A program made the translations under genes and the position numbers. This document shows positions 28,508 to 41,665 of a stretch of 64,000 bases of DNA, piece after piece. The notes under the pieces are model-generated. The model made no database searches. It was not told the origin of the DNA and saw nothing but the letters and a program-made list of their open reading frames with translations. Each line of letters opens with the position of its first letter. The stretch's first letter is position 1. The stretch is from the NCBI GenBank assembly GCA_951406725.2, contig OX597832.1, forward strand, positions 11,408,001 to 11,472,000. Reading direction: 5' to 3'. The stretch is from Octopus vulgaris (Eukaryota).

Positions 28508-29115
28508 GGCGCAGGAGTGGATGAGTGATAAGAAGCGTTCTTCCTGACCATATGCTTGTGGGGCTCAGTCTCACTGCGTGGCACATTGGGCAAGTATCTT
28601 CTACTATAGCCCCGAGTCGATCAAAACCTTGTGACTGGATTTGGTAGACAAAAACTGAAAGAGAAGTCATAAGACCCATTTGTCTTCCTTTTCTAAGTCT
28701 TATATTTCTTTATTGCCCACAGGGGGATAAACACAGAGGGGATAAGCAAGGACAGACAAAGGGATTAAGTCGATTACATCGACCCCAGTGCGTAACTGGT
28801 ACTTATTTAATCGACCCCGAAAGGATGAAAGGCAAATTCAACCTCGACGGAATTTGAACTCAGAACGTAACGGCAGACGAAATACCTATTTCTTCACTAC
28901 CCATAAGGGGAAAAACACAGAGAGGACAAACAAGGACAGACAAACAGATGAAGTCGATTACATCGACCCCAGTGCGTAACTGGTACTTATTTAATCGACC
29001 CCGAAAGGTTGAAAGGCAAATTCAACCTGGGCGGAATTTGAACTCAGAACAAACGGCAGACGAAATACCGCTAACCATTTTGCCCAGCGTGCTAACGATT
29101 CTTCCAGCTCGCCGC

Positions 29116-29205
<90 letters not shown>

Positions 29206-29429
29206 GTGTGTGCATCTTTTTGTCTGTCTTTGTCATCAACCAACACTTGAAACGTGGTGTTGGTGTGTTGACATTACTGTTAACTCGCGGTTCAGTAAAA
29301 GAAACCGATAGAACAAATACCTGGCTTAAAAATCATAAAATACTGGGATCATTTTATTTGTCTAAAATTCCTCAAGCCGATAGTCTATTATGGCTGCAAC
29401 CTAATGACTGAAACAAGTAAAAGATAAAA
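28508..29429 (+). mobile_element. Older family B SINE interrupted by a family A dimer
   Basis: The 5' half (GGCGCAGGAGTGG...AAACTGAAAG) is at 28508-28660 and the 3' half (...AAACCGATAGAAC...GACTGAAACAAGTAAAAG) at 29230-29429. Confidence 0.8.
28703..29116 (-). mobile_element. Family A SINE partial tandem dimer
   Basis: A full unit at 28887-29116 plus a headless unit at 28703-28886. Both carry the private variant GGCAAATTCAACCT. Confidence 0.88.
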
Positions 29430-30379
29430 AAAGAAAAAATAGAAGATACATTTCATTGTGCAGGGTGGTGGTTTAGGAAAATTTGACTGCTATATCCTTT
29501 CGTCTTGTGACGACTGCGTAGATATGTCTATTTTGTTTTCATTGCTTGTTTCTAATTAAGAAGAAAGCAACATCAGATTTTTCAAGTGGATCTAGTTCAC
29601 AGAAAAATCTGTTCACCAAAATAAATTACATAATTTATTTCCCACACACTACGTTCTGAGTTACCGTCAAAGCGCCAGGTTAATTTTTTAGATTTCACTC
29701 TCATTCACCCGAGTCAGTAAAATTGATTTTGTGACAAGTTAAATGTCACCAGTATTGGAAGGTTTTATTCATGTTGTTTTTTTACTACTAGTTTTAATTT
29801 CACATTTATACAGTATTACAATTTTTTCTTGAATTTTAAGATGATAAATTAGACATTAGTTGGAAATCTTTAAACAGCAATGTGGTATAGAAGTCTGCTT
29901 AGATTTCGTCTGATTCTGATCAGCTTTTGTTGCAAGTTTTACATGATCGGAGAACTGTGAACGTATAACGTCCACAATTTTAAATTTAAAATCATTCGAT
30001 CATAAAGGAAACATAAACGAAAACAAAAAAAAAAACCTAAAATCCGACTGACTAAAAACATCAAGGAAAAAACAATAACATTCACCTTTTCACCTCAAGA
30101 TTAAAAAACAGAAAACTTGTAGCATATCACTCTCTTAGCAAAGTGTCATTACATGTGATATTTAACGTCATCATAATTATGATTACACAGGAAGATAACA
30201 AATCGTGTATTTTGCTTTTTTGCTTTGTCTTAATGATGGCATATAATTAAAAATTTCACTTCAGTTTCACGCTCCTCCTCTCTATCGTCTTGTTCTTTTT
30301 TCTTCTACTACTAACTGTATTCTTCCTTCTTGTAACACTTCTCCTCACCTATCTTCACCACATTTTGGCGACACAAATC

Positions 30380-30795
30380 TCAGATCGCAAGAATTTTTCT
30401 CCGCATTCTAATAGAATGCACGAGATTTCTTTGTCTCACATTGACAATACGAAACTCAATTCCAATAATCTTCAACCTCTTAGACAAACAATAAACAGTC
30501 GAGGGTACTAATTTCCACAAGGACAATTTTCACCCTTTCAGGCAAATATATTTTCATATCCCTGATAACGTCCTGATATTCCTCAACTTTCTCAGTTGCT
30601 GGTTACTCTATATCAAACGGCAGTGAGAGGGAAAAAAGAACAAAGATATTACCCTGTTTAACCTTTATATTTTCCACAATCATATCAGTGCTAGCAGCGT
30701 CAGTTGTCTTGATCGACAAAGCCCATAAAGTCCTGCAATTATCGTTCGCTATGACAGCATACGGATTATGTTTATTAGATTTTTCCAGTTGCTTC
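30380..30795 (-). pseudogene. Decayed C-terminus of an RLE-type (R4/Dong-like) non-LTR retrotransposon ORF
   Basis: Minus-strand translation HNPYAVIANDNCRTLWALSIKT..STDMIV..., EKVEEYQDVIRDM, VKIVLVEISTL and LKIIGIEFRI...SIRMRRKILAI* parallels the R4-clade pattern recalled as HEP..V.EN...ILWDF.IQTD..RPDI, EK.EKYQDL, VVP.V.GALG, TARILRRVL. Confidence 0.6.
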
Positions 30796-31072
30796 AAGTC
30801 CACAAAAAGTTGGCTGACAACGCAGTTTAGAATCATTATAGTTTCAAATGAAAAAAAGTAAAAGAAACAAAAAAATTATGATTTGTAATATCTATTATTT
30901 TTGTATACATTCTGGGTTTAAATCCAGCTGTATTCACTTTTGCCATTCAAACCTTAGTCTATAGAAGAAGTACCAGTTACGTACTGTGATCGACGTAATC
31001 ATCTAACACCCTCCTCCAACATTTCAATGGTTATGCCTATTGCAGAAAGAATTATTATTATTATTATTATTA

Positions 31073-31145
31073 GAGTCAGAGTGCATGCCATCAAAGTGAC
31101 ACTGGGATAAAATATACAAGGCCCAAAGCCCATCATGACTACCCA
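31073..31145 (-). mobile_element. Terminal fragment of the (AAT)n-embedded repeat, family D
   Basis: Matches the first ~75 bp of the copy at 31482 (GTGC.TGCCATCAAAGTGACA.TGGG...GACTACCC) and is flanked by (TAT)n on both sides. Confidence 0.75.
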
Positions 31146-31247
31146 ACTGTATTATTATTATTATTAGTAGTAGTAGTAGTTGTAGTAGTGTTGTTGTTAT
31201 TATTATCATTATTATCCCCCCCCTCATCATCATCGTCATCATCATTA

Positions 31248-31480
31248 AAGAGGCGGTGAGGTGACAAAAACGTTCGCAATCGAAAATATTTGTTCAGCAG
31301 TATTTCGTCCGTCCTTATTTTCTGAGTTCAAATTCCCTGGGAGTCGACTTTCCCTTCCATCCTTTCGATGCGGATAAGTTAAGGTCCAGTGAAACACTAA
31401 GGTCGATGAATTTGACTAGTCCCCTCCCACCAAATTTCAGGAATTGCGCCTTTAGTAGACAGGATTATTATTATTATTAT
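31248..31480 (+). mobile_element. Family A SINE (tail type A2) with (TAT)n tail
   Basis: GGCGGTGAG head, TCTGAGTTCAAATTCC, CCTTCCATCCTTTCG, CCCCTCCCACCAAATTTCAGG...GGATTATTATT. Confidence 0.75.
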
Positions 31481-31481
31481 T

Positions 31482-32003
31482 GAGTGAGAGAGCAGTGCGT
31501 GCCATCAAAGTGACATTGGGGTGAAATATACGAAACCAAGTATGCCCATCTTGACTACCCGTCTGATAAGGGTACACTAGGCACATACATCACAAACATG
31601 TGTACGCAACATGGTGATCTCATATCAAGATAAACAGCACATGACCTTGTAGGTGGGGCCCAGTTAGAATTTTCTTCTGATCGAGTAACCCATACTGCTC
31701 AAAAGATCCCGGAATAAGGGTTGTTCGAGGATGTTGAACGAAAGACCCATGTTTCCAAAGAATCATGGCTATGATGCTCCCCCACTACTTCTGCTCGTGA
31801 TCAGAAATGCACATATCGTCAGCCATTAAGGAACATGCTCAACTGGACAAGGTCAGACAACTGACAAACAAATCTGTGGTATTGAGCAGAATATTTGCTG
31901 TAGCCCATCTTTTATACCAAGACAAATCAATGTACATGATAACACCTCCAATCAGTTAAGATCAGAAGGCATGTGAGCCACTGCCTGGTACTGCATCAGG
32001 GCA
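31482..32003 (-). mobile_element. Family D ~520-bp interspersed repeat inserted in (ATT)n
   Basis: Aligns end to end, in inverted orientation, with 51680-52231. Both ends abut (TAT)n. The strand is inferred. Confidence 0.85.
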
Positions 32004-32040
<37 letters not shown>

Positions 32041-34574
32041 TAACTGGTGAGCCGACAATGTGCGGTTTTTAGATGCTACATTCAAATTCCGTTGAAGTCA
32101 CCTTTGCTTAGTGTTGGATTAATGGTATCAGCTAATCCTTTTCCTCAAAATTACTAGAATTCTGCCTCAATCATAAATAATTAATATCTTTGAACACAAA
32201 TATACGACCATTTGAGAACGTATGGAATCTGACATTGAGCAATTCTTTATTTATATCTTCTAGAAAATATTCTTCAACTTCATATGGAAAAACTAATGCT
32301 AACCATTGTAAAGAAATAGCTAGGAAATTAATGAATAATACGAATATATTATTGTACTGTAAAGTAAGTCACAGAGAAGGAGTTAACCGCCTAATCAGTC
32401 GAGTCCACCAGTCAGCTTCGAATTTTTTAAAATTCATTTATGCATCTAATTCTCTTGAGAAAATACTTGAACATTGCAGAAATGTCTTCCCACCCAATGC
32501 ATCTCTGAGACATTTTGTCCTATATAAGAGATTAAATTAATATCTTCATTGTTGAGTTTGATTGACTGTTCTTCTTCTGTTGATTACATTAGTCTTGCAA
32601 GAAATAAAATCAATAAATGTTACATTTAGATTTTAAACTGTCACGTGCTCCAAAAGAAGTTATTATTGGTTCAATCGGCACAATTTCTTTCTGGGGTTTT
32701 CTTTTATTTTTTTTTTAGAGTTGAATATGTTTGCTATTCAAGTGAGTTTAATGCATACCATATTTCAATGTATTAGAATCGAGTCAGTATTTTTTATCGC
32801 TTGGTAACTTGAAGAAAACTATTTCAATGAATGCATTCTTAATAGAGATGTTTATATGTATATATTAAACGAATAACCTTTAATTATAAGAGTAACATGG
32901 AAATTCAAAAGACAGCGTTAGTTTCTTTAAAGTCTAAACTACATTATACATACAGTTAACTTGAACGGCAATATAAATGACAGCTTATATCTATTTTAAT
33001 TGGCAATCAGCTTGCCTGTAATGCAACACATTCAAAGCAATAAGTGTTACCATCAGTTATACCGTTAACACATACATAAATATATTAATCTTGCATCGCG
33101 CTGCCAATAAAGAAATTATTTTAAGTGGACAGGTATTGTGGCTACGTTAATGTGATGTAAATAATTTCACTATTGTAAATTTGAAAGCTTGTTATCAACG
33201 AGTTAATAGGAAATATTGATTTTGTTTTTGATGTGAACAGGATCTAGGCACATGGCCAAACTCTGTACAGGAAGAAGTGTACAGTCGAATTAATGTATCC
33301 AATATATTTATTGTATTTTATTTAATCCTGTTCGTAAATTCTGAAAATCAATTTCGGTTGCGTGGGATTTCAAATGATTACAGTAAGCAGAATCATAATA
33401 TTAAATACTGTAAAGAACTATACATGAGCGATACCACACAAAATTAATTAATAATAAATAATTAATTATAAATAATTAATTATAAGTAAATATCATTGTT
33501 AGCTCTTTGAGAGTAATATCGTTCTTTATTCTTCTAATTACATCCTTAGCGTCGTTTGTCTGCAGTAAAGAATTGACGCATCAGTCGTTCACCCATTCCA
33601 GGTTTCACATATTCATAATCAATATATGATCCGTGGCCGGAGATTAGTACCAGCAGGATTTTAATAAATAGGTTGAATTTAAACTCAGAGCGAAATAGAC
33701 CGCGACGGAAACTGCAACAGATCTTGTCCCGACGCACTAGTAATACTACCATTTGAAGCCGGGAAGAGGACGGGCAAATTCGTTCAAGATGGTATTTACA
33801 TTCAAGATAGAGAACATCGTAATAAACACCACAAGGCATTAAATCCTATGTACCCACTATTCTGACAATTTGACGCATTCTAAATAAGAATTAGTATAGA
33901 AGATATTGTATAAGTTTGATTTTGAGGAGGCGTGACAAAGCCAAACGATAAACGTAGATAACTGAAACGATTGCTGTATTTTACACATTTCTAGGGAATT
34001 TTAACTCAGAATTTATTCAGAAAATATTAAGTACCCCAATGTATTTATTTAGATAAAAGCATTTCAGTTTTTTGCTTATTTATTGATTTGTGTATTGATG
34101 GGTATTTAATTTATCGCAGTTTTTTTTTTTATCACAAAACATAACGATCTAATATTTTAGAGTTGAAAAGAAGTAATGTGACTATCATCTATTTAGTGGA
34201 GATATTGATCTAAGCGATTGCTGAAATTGTAAAGTTCCATACAATAAGATTGGCAGGATTTTGTTATATTTCTTTAGGTTACAAGATCAAATCCCACACG
34301 GGGCTCTTTTTTGCCTTAAAGCTTTCAAGAATAATTCAATGTCTGGGGTCGAGATAATCGATTTTGCTCTCTCTCAAAATCAGTGGCCCTTGTAAATGCT
34401 AGGAATCATTATTGGCCAAATGGAAAAGATATTGAAACAAGTAGTAGCTGAATGCATACCACGGTCGATTGCTTTGAACGATTATTTCGTGCTCTGCTAT
34501 GCACACCAATATAAATTATCCACCCAAGAATTTCTTTATATCAATATTCAATATTAACACAATAAAGACAGTAT

Positions 34575-34690
34575 GATATAACTGAATGGTTAAGTAGTTA
34601 GCCTCATAACTCAGGGGCTTCGGATTCGAGCCCTTTGCGAAAATGTTAGGGCAAGCGACGGGTTGTCGTAGCTTGAGATAACCCAAAGCA
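34575..34690 (+). mobile_element. Degenerate tRNA-derived SINE head
   Basis: TAACTGAATGGTTAAG (A box), GGATTCGAGCCC (B box), then TAGGGCAAG (CORE-like start). Confidence 0.45.
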
Positions 34691-34934
34691 TTTAATAGCT
34701 AAGAATTCTTTCGAAGCTCCTGTGAGAAATACTTCCTATTCCTGGCTGCTAGAAATAACATATTGCTCGTTTTAGCACCATTACATGAACATTTAGCGAC
34801 TTCAGAAGACTTCAGTCTCTAGTAAGAGTCCGCCCCATGCATATAGACTGAAGATACCTTCCTCCTTTGTCTGAGCAGTAACTGAAGTCTTGAAAAGTGT
34901 GTAGGTTGTTACCATAAATTCGCACATTTAGCAA

Positions 34935-35170
34935 TTATAAAAGAAGGTATAAAAAATATTTTTGAACTAGGTATAAGGCCAGTAATTTTGAGGAGCCAGT
35001 CGATTGCAGCGATCCAATTACTTGATTGGGTCTTATTTCGTTGATCTCGAAGGGATGAAAGATAAAGTCGAACTCTGCGATATTTAAAGACAGAAAGCAA
35101 AGAGTCAGAAAATATATTCTGTTAATCACTCAGACTTACGCAATAATGATTCCGCTAACTCCCCGCTGTA
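34935..35170 (-). mobile_element. Degenerate family A SINE (A2)
   Basis: CGAAGGGATGAAAGATAAAGTCGAACTC resembles the family A core. Confidence 0.5.
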
Positions 35171-36368
35171 GACCTCGTAATAAGAAACGTTCCTCGCAAC
35201 ATATCTGCTTATTAAGCAAAAGCTTAACAAAACATCACATAGTGTCACAAAATACTTTATCCAATATATTTTAAGCTTATACATCTTGATTTCGATTAAA
35301 TGTAAACTCTAATTTCCACCTTAGGACATGCAGCAGTTAAAATAAATAAAAGTGTATTGCTCGGTTTCGATATAATCAGCTGTTCTTTGCCCATAGTAGT
35401 ATAATGTTTAGGAGAAAAATCAATAACAACTGCTAATCATTTCTAAGCACGGTAGAATAAAAAAAAATGAATATATTTACCTGGGATACATTTGTGTGGT
35501 GGCAAGACATGTTTATCAGACATTACGTGTAGGATCCGAAGCAATTTCATCGTTCTAAACATTAATAGGTTTAAAGTAATACATGATGAATGGTTTCAAG
35601 TATGAGAAGGTGAATGACTCAACCTACAAGTTCAGAAGTCTCTGAGTTAGATGAACTGACACTCATATATTTGAGAAGTAATTCAATGGATCAGGCTGGA
35701 AATATCTTTAGCATATATCAAATGTGCATAGATCACAGGCATAACTAAAATATTAGCTATGTATAAACATACGCACATAGAGCTGTGCATCTGTCGCTGT
35801 GTGTGCTTATATTATCCTGGTTTGACAAAATCTAAGACTAGACAGATTTCAATAGTACGGCTTTTCTGCAGGTAACTAAGTACAAAACTAGCGACAACTG
35901 CTATCTGGATTAGGACCATTAGGATTGTTTTCTGTATCAGATATAATGCAGAACGTAGGATATTTATGCCTGTTTAACGCTATACTGGGAAGGCATTAAA
36001 TAACCATATTTCAACCAATTTAATAAATATTAGCTTTCAAATATATGTGGTGGTGCATGCTTATTTGCTATGTATTAAGTGATTCTGTCATCGGCCTGCA
36101 TCTAATTTGGTGTATCACCCTCAAATGTTTTGTCGAAAAATTGATACCAGTAATTCTTTTGTTAAATTCTAGTACTTATTCTATCATTCACTTTTGTGGA
36201 ACAGCTAGGTTTCACAGACATCAACAAACCAACAGCGGTCGTACGCTAATGAGGTGACAGGCACACATACACACACACACATACATACATACACACACGC
36301 ACATGCACATACATACCAACACAATACACATTTACATATATTGCGTTTGGAAATTAGACTATACCCAC

Positions 36369-36414
<46 letters not shown>

Positions 36415-37435
36415 ACTCAAGATGGAAGTATGCAAGGCAACCGTGACCATCACTGTCTTTTATTGCTCCATAGATCAAGGACATACTATATAAATACTTG
36501 TAGAATTATAAAAAGTAATTGAACTCTCTTTTTCAATCACAGCCATTTTCACATATTAGTGTCCCGTCTAAACTGGTTTGAAATTACCAGTAATATTTAT
36601 CTTTTACTTCCTTAAAACCTTCAATTGAGTGATATAATTTATAAAATGGATTTTGTCCCCACAACACCTTCGTAAATTACTATTAAATGGGATTTTCCGA
36701 CAGCAGTCCTTATGCGTTCTCCTCACGTATTTCTAATTTCGCTAATACTTATTTCTACAATTCGGTCATTTCATGCAGCGAATAAGATTTCTGCTTATGT
36801 AGTTCATATTTATATTTGCAAATATTTTTTCTATTCTCAGGGTTGATATAGTAAACAACACATAAATTGCGTACAAATATATATAGATTGGCATATCCTA
36901 CAATGAATGCAATTGTGCTTAAGACTTGTTGAATTTTGTCATCTTTTCATTAAACTTTGCCTTTGTCAACAAGTCTTCTGAAGCTTTCGGTTGTAGTTCA
37001 CGTTGATTCGGCTGGTAACAAAATCATTTAATTTATATTTTTCTGGTAATGAGCAAAATTGATTCCCAAATTTAATGATATACAAATCACTGAATTATGC
37101 GTCCTTACACAAATTATCCCATTCCGGTTCCTCTTGAAAGGTTAGTTGCTCGAAGTGACTCTTTAACTATTCGTTTTACTCGTTATCATTCATTTCTTAT
37201 AAGTGTATAAGTAAGGCCAAATTCTATGAATCTTGCTTCTCGGATATTTATATCACCAACAACAGTGTAAAGATCTCCTGACTTGACAGTTTGGTATGCT
37301 AACATGTATAAATTGAATGATATGATTTAATGTCCAGGTACTGATGTGTGTCTCGACCATAGTAATGTTTAGTGCCATTTTAACTTTCAAATTTCAAATT
37401 ATACACACGAATAACTACGATTCTTAACGCTAGTT

Positions 37436-37466
<31 letters not shown>

Positions 37467-38904
37467 CAGTAGTAGTTATTGTTGTTGTTGTTGCGGTTGT
37501 TGGTATGACTGTTAATATCGTTAAATATATTAATCATTATTTTATTTGTTGAGCACTGCCAATGCCGTCGCCGTCGTCGTCATATTAGCAGCAAGTGCAG
37601 CAGAAGCAGCAGCAGTAGTAGTAGTTGTTGTTGTAGTTGTAGTAGTAGTAGTAGCAGCAGTATTTATAAATTATAAATTTAGAACGTTCATTCTCCCTTG
37701 TGAATATACATAGCAGCGAGTGAAACGCCATCAAATTTATATTGGGTGAATAACAGGGCAAGTATATATTTATTTGACAGCTAATCCCGTCTTTTAGTGC
37801 ATTTTCAGTTCAGGAAATTGAGTTCTGCGAGGTCATTGAGGGAGTATAAAATACAGAAAGATAAATTTGTAGAACGAGATAGTATGGATAGGGTGAACGA
37901 GAAGGATGCAAAGAGAGATGGAGCGAAAGAGAGAGAAAAATAGACAGATAAACAGATAGATAGATAGATAGATGAATAGATAGAAACATAGAGAGAAGGA
38001 GAATCAGAAGAACAGCTCATAAAAATAGAAGAAACTAGCTGAAGATTGAAAATAGAAAAAGACGGACAGATAAATTGGCTGCGAGAGATAGACGGAGGAA
38101 GTAAAGTGCATTTTCAGATAAAAATAAAATCAATATAATGAAATACATAAAATGACAATTGATTTTGAGTGATGCATGTACGTAATGATCTTTGAAATAA
38201 CGAATTTGGTATTTCACATTGTTGCATATTTCCGTACGTGGAATAGAGAATATCTGAGAAATGCTTTCTCTCCCACGTGCATTAATACCCTTTCAGATAA
38301 AAGTTTCACTCATCGAAAATAATAATAATAATAATAATAATAACTACAATCATTTTTACTTAACGATGCTAATATAAGTACATCTATGTATGAGATCTGA
38401 AATCTATCATCTCTTCGACTATCTGCCCCACTCTGCCAGAATGAGTCATACTCCAAACAACCGCTCATATTAATCATGTATCCCAATATCTCAATGCCTG
38501 ATAAAGGGAACATGAGAAAAGAGGTTATTCAGTTCCTTTTTTTTTTCTTTTTGTTGCTGAATCGCTGTTTATCAAAGTCGTTTCTCTCTTTGTCGGATCT
38601 TTTAGAATTAGCAGCCAAATCCTGCTAAAATCAGGTTTTTTTCGGTTTAAATAAAATAAACATCCGACAGTATCATTCCTGATATATAAGCAGACAAGAT
38701 GGTGGCTACTGGAACAAGTTCGATCGTATCTGATATAGTGCAAAAATATTTGAAAATTTATATTTCGAACCACAGAGGGAAGAGTTTTCTACTCGGACAC
38801 TCCACCTGCTGGAAACCTCTTCCTCTCCCCTCAAATTAGATGTTGCTTAGCAAATAAAATAATGATTAATATATCTAACGATATTAGATATATCAACAAC
38901 AACA

Positions 38905-38936
<32 letters not shown>

Positions 38937-39194
38937 CGTTGGAATAGTTTTCATTCGTGAGCGTATTTTATATCTGTCCATGAGATTGCTTTGTATAACA
39001 ACGTATAAACATGTCATACGTATTCGTGTGTCCTGTTGCCTATGAGGATGACTAGAGTAGCATCTTTGCTCTCTGTGTCTTCCAAGGTCCTTAATTAAGC
39101 AAATAATGGCAGGGAATCCACTGTTACAGTAGGGACACGCAATAGCCGAAAGAGGACACGCTGGAAACTTCGGTGTATGTGCAGCAGAATCTGT

Positions 39195-39485
39195 AAGAAT
39201 CACGTATTTAGTAGTAGTAGTAGTAGTAGTCGGTGCGTCGTCCTCCTCCTCCACCTTCTCATCATCATCATTATGATCATCATCATCATCATCATTCTTA
39301 TCGTCATAATCATCAGCAGCGGCTGCCACCGCAATAGTAGTAGTAGAAGCAACTTCAACAGTAATAGTAGTAGTCCCAACAGTAGCAGCAGTAGTAGTAG
39401 TAGTAGTAGTAGTAGTAGCAGCAGTAGTAGTAGTAGTAGTAGCAGTAGTAGTAGCTGTAGTGTTAGTAGTAGCAGCAGCAGCAGG
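39195..39485. repeat. Compound (AGT)n/(CAT)n/(AGC)n microsatellite
   Basis: Directly visible. Confidence 0.9.
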
Positions 39486-39929
39486 TGGTATTTAGTTACG
39501 TTTCGTTACCTTCAAGAGCAGATGTGTAATTCTACGCAAGATAAAAAAAAAAATTTCGAAATAGTTTCTAGTTTAGTTTAAAAACATGATATTAGATATA
39601 CTAATCAGCAATTTGAGATCCAATAAATTCCGTCTAAAAGAACTGGCAGCGGATATCAGTGGCTTCATAGATACGTAGTCTGAGGCAAGTCAACAAGTCT
39701 GTTTGTGTTTGGTGTTCCAATTTGGCGCTTTTACTGTATAACGTTAGTTGTATTAAAATTTAACAGCGAACATATATACATCGATTTGAAATTTGTTTTA
39801 TTTTCTCTAAAGAGTTACTCAAATTGGTATAATTAATTAAACTTCTTCTAAATTAATTTCTCTCTTGCTCCCATTCTCTCCCCCTTTCACTCTCCCAGTT
39901 TCTATTCATATGTGTGTGCACATATTTAT

Positions 39930-39963
39930 ATATATATAAATATACACACACACATACATATAG

Positions 39964-40004
<41 letters not shown>

Positions 40005-40013
40005 CATATAGAA

Positions 40014-40056
<43 letters not shown>

Positions 40057-40065
40057 TACATATAG

Positions 40066-40107
<42 letters not shown>

Positions 40108-40115
40108 ATATAGAA

Positions 40116-40149
<34 letters not shown>

Positions 40150-40212
40150 ATATAGAAATATATATATATATATATACACACATACATATAGAAATATATA
40201 TATATATATATC
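39930..40212. repeat. Minisatellite: (AT)n plus CACATACATATAGAA unit
   Basis: The unit is repeated 6 times with variable (AT)n/(AC)n. Confidence 0.9.
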
Positions 40213-40495
40213 GGCACACAGAAATATTTCTGTGTATATAAAGGCATTTACAGAATTGAGAAGATCGTAGAAATATCTACAGCCTAATATCTTCATCTAA
40301 GTGTTGGATTCACTATCCTTCATATTATTTCTGCCAGTCTCATCGTCTGTCGAATCATCGATTTATGACATCAATGAAGCTGGATTAATACTATTAACCG
40401 ATTGATCCGATAGACGAAGAATTTAACAGTCGTGATGTCATCAATGTTTAATCAAGCATATAAATAAACCATTTTCCCTTTCCTTCATATTTCTT

Positions 40496-40595
<100 letters not shown>

Positions 40596-41114
40596 TATAT
40601 ATGCATACATATATACAAACATATATAAATACACACATATATGTGTGTGTTTGTGTGTATGAATATATGTATAACTATGTATGTATGTCGGTAAACCTGT
40701 ATGTATATACGTAAGTTCATAAACATGCATATACATGAATATTCATATACGAACCACGTGCATGATGAGATTATTTATAACCATGTTAAACGGCAGCCTT
40801 CTCATTTAACCTTTTATGTTGCGCACACACGATCGGATATTAACAACTGATTATGAAAGATAAAAGCGAATACAAATTCTAAATCGTTATTGGAGAAAGA
40901 GAACCTTCTCTCAACTCATCTTCACTTGAAAGATGTTTTCTTTATTTGCCTATGAAACCTAATATTATAAGAAACTTGGTATGTTTATGACATTAATTAT
41001 AAAAAACGTATTCACTCTAAACCATCATATCGAATCAGGGTTTTGTCAGTAGCAGTATATTTGTCTGAGTATCTCAAAGCCTTTGGCTGTATAGTAATTC
41101 TTCATAACAAATTA

Positions 41115-41322
41115 AGGCTTCGAGCTGGCAGAATCGCTAGCACGCCAGGCGAAATCGTCTGTCTTTACGTTCTCAGTTCAAATTTCGCCGAGGTCGACTT
41201 TGCCTGTCATCCTTTCGGGGTCGATAAATTAAGTACAAGTTGCGTACCGGGGTCGATCTTATCGACTGCTCCCCTCATCCCCCAAATTTCGGGCCTTGTG
41301 CCAAGAGTAGGAAATAATTCTT
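41115..41322 (+). mobile_element. Family A SINE (tail type A2)
   Basis: GAGCTGGCAGAATCGCTAGCACGCC head, GTTCAAATTTCGCCGAGGTCGACTTTGCC core, CCCCAAATTTCGGGCCTTGTGCC tail. Confidence 0.85.
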
Positions 41323-41431
41323 GATAACAAGTTACAGCATACATAGATCGGAACTGGCCCTCTAATCACGTGAGGCTATCGGTTTTTGTCCAATATCTTT
41401 TTTTCTTAAGACTACCCTATATTGAGTATTC

Positions 41432-41665
41432 AGACGTGGCGAGCTGGCAGAGACGTTAGCGTGTCGGGCGAAATGCTTTGCGGTATTTCGTCTGCCGTTA
41501 CGTTGTGAGTTCAAATTCCGCCGAGGTCGACTTTGCCTTTCATCCTTTCGCGGTCGATAAATAAAGCACCAATTTCGCACTGGGGTCGATGTAATCGACT
41601 TAATCCCTTTGTCTGTCCTTGTTTGTCCCCTCTATGTTTAGCCTCTTGTGGGCAGTAAAGAAATA
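41432..41665 (+). mobile_element. Family A SINE (A1) with 14-bp TSD
   Basis: Flanked by TATATTGAGTATTC at 41418-41431 and 41666-41679. Confidence 0.92.
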
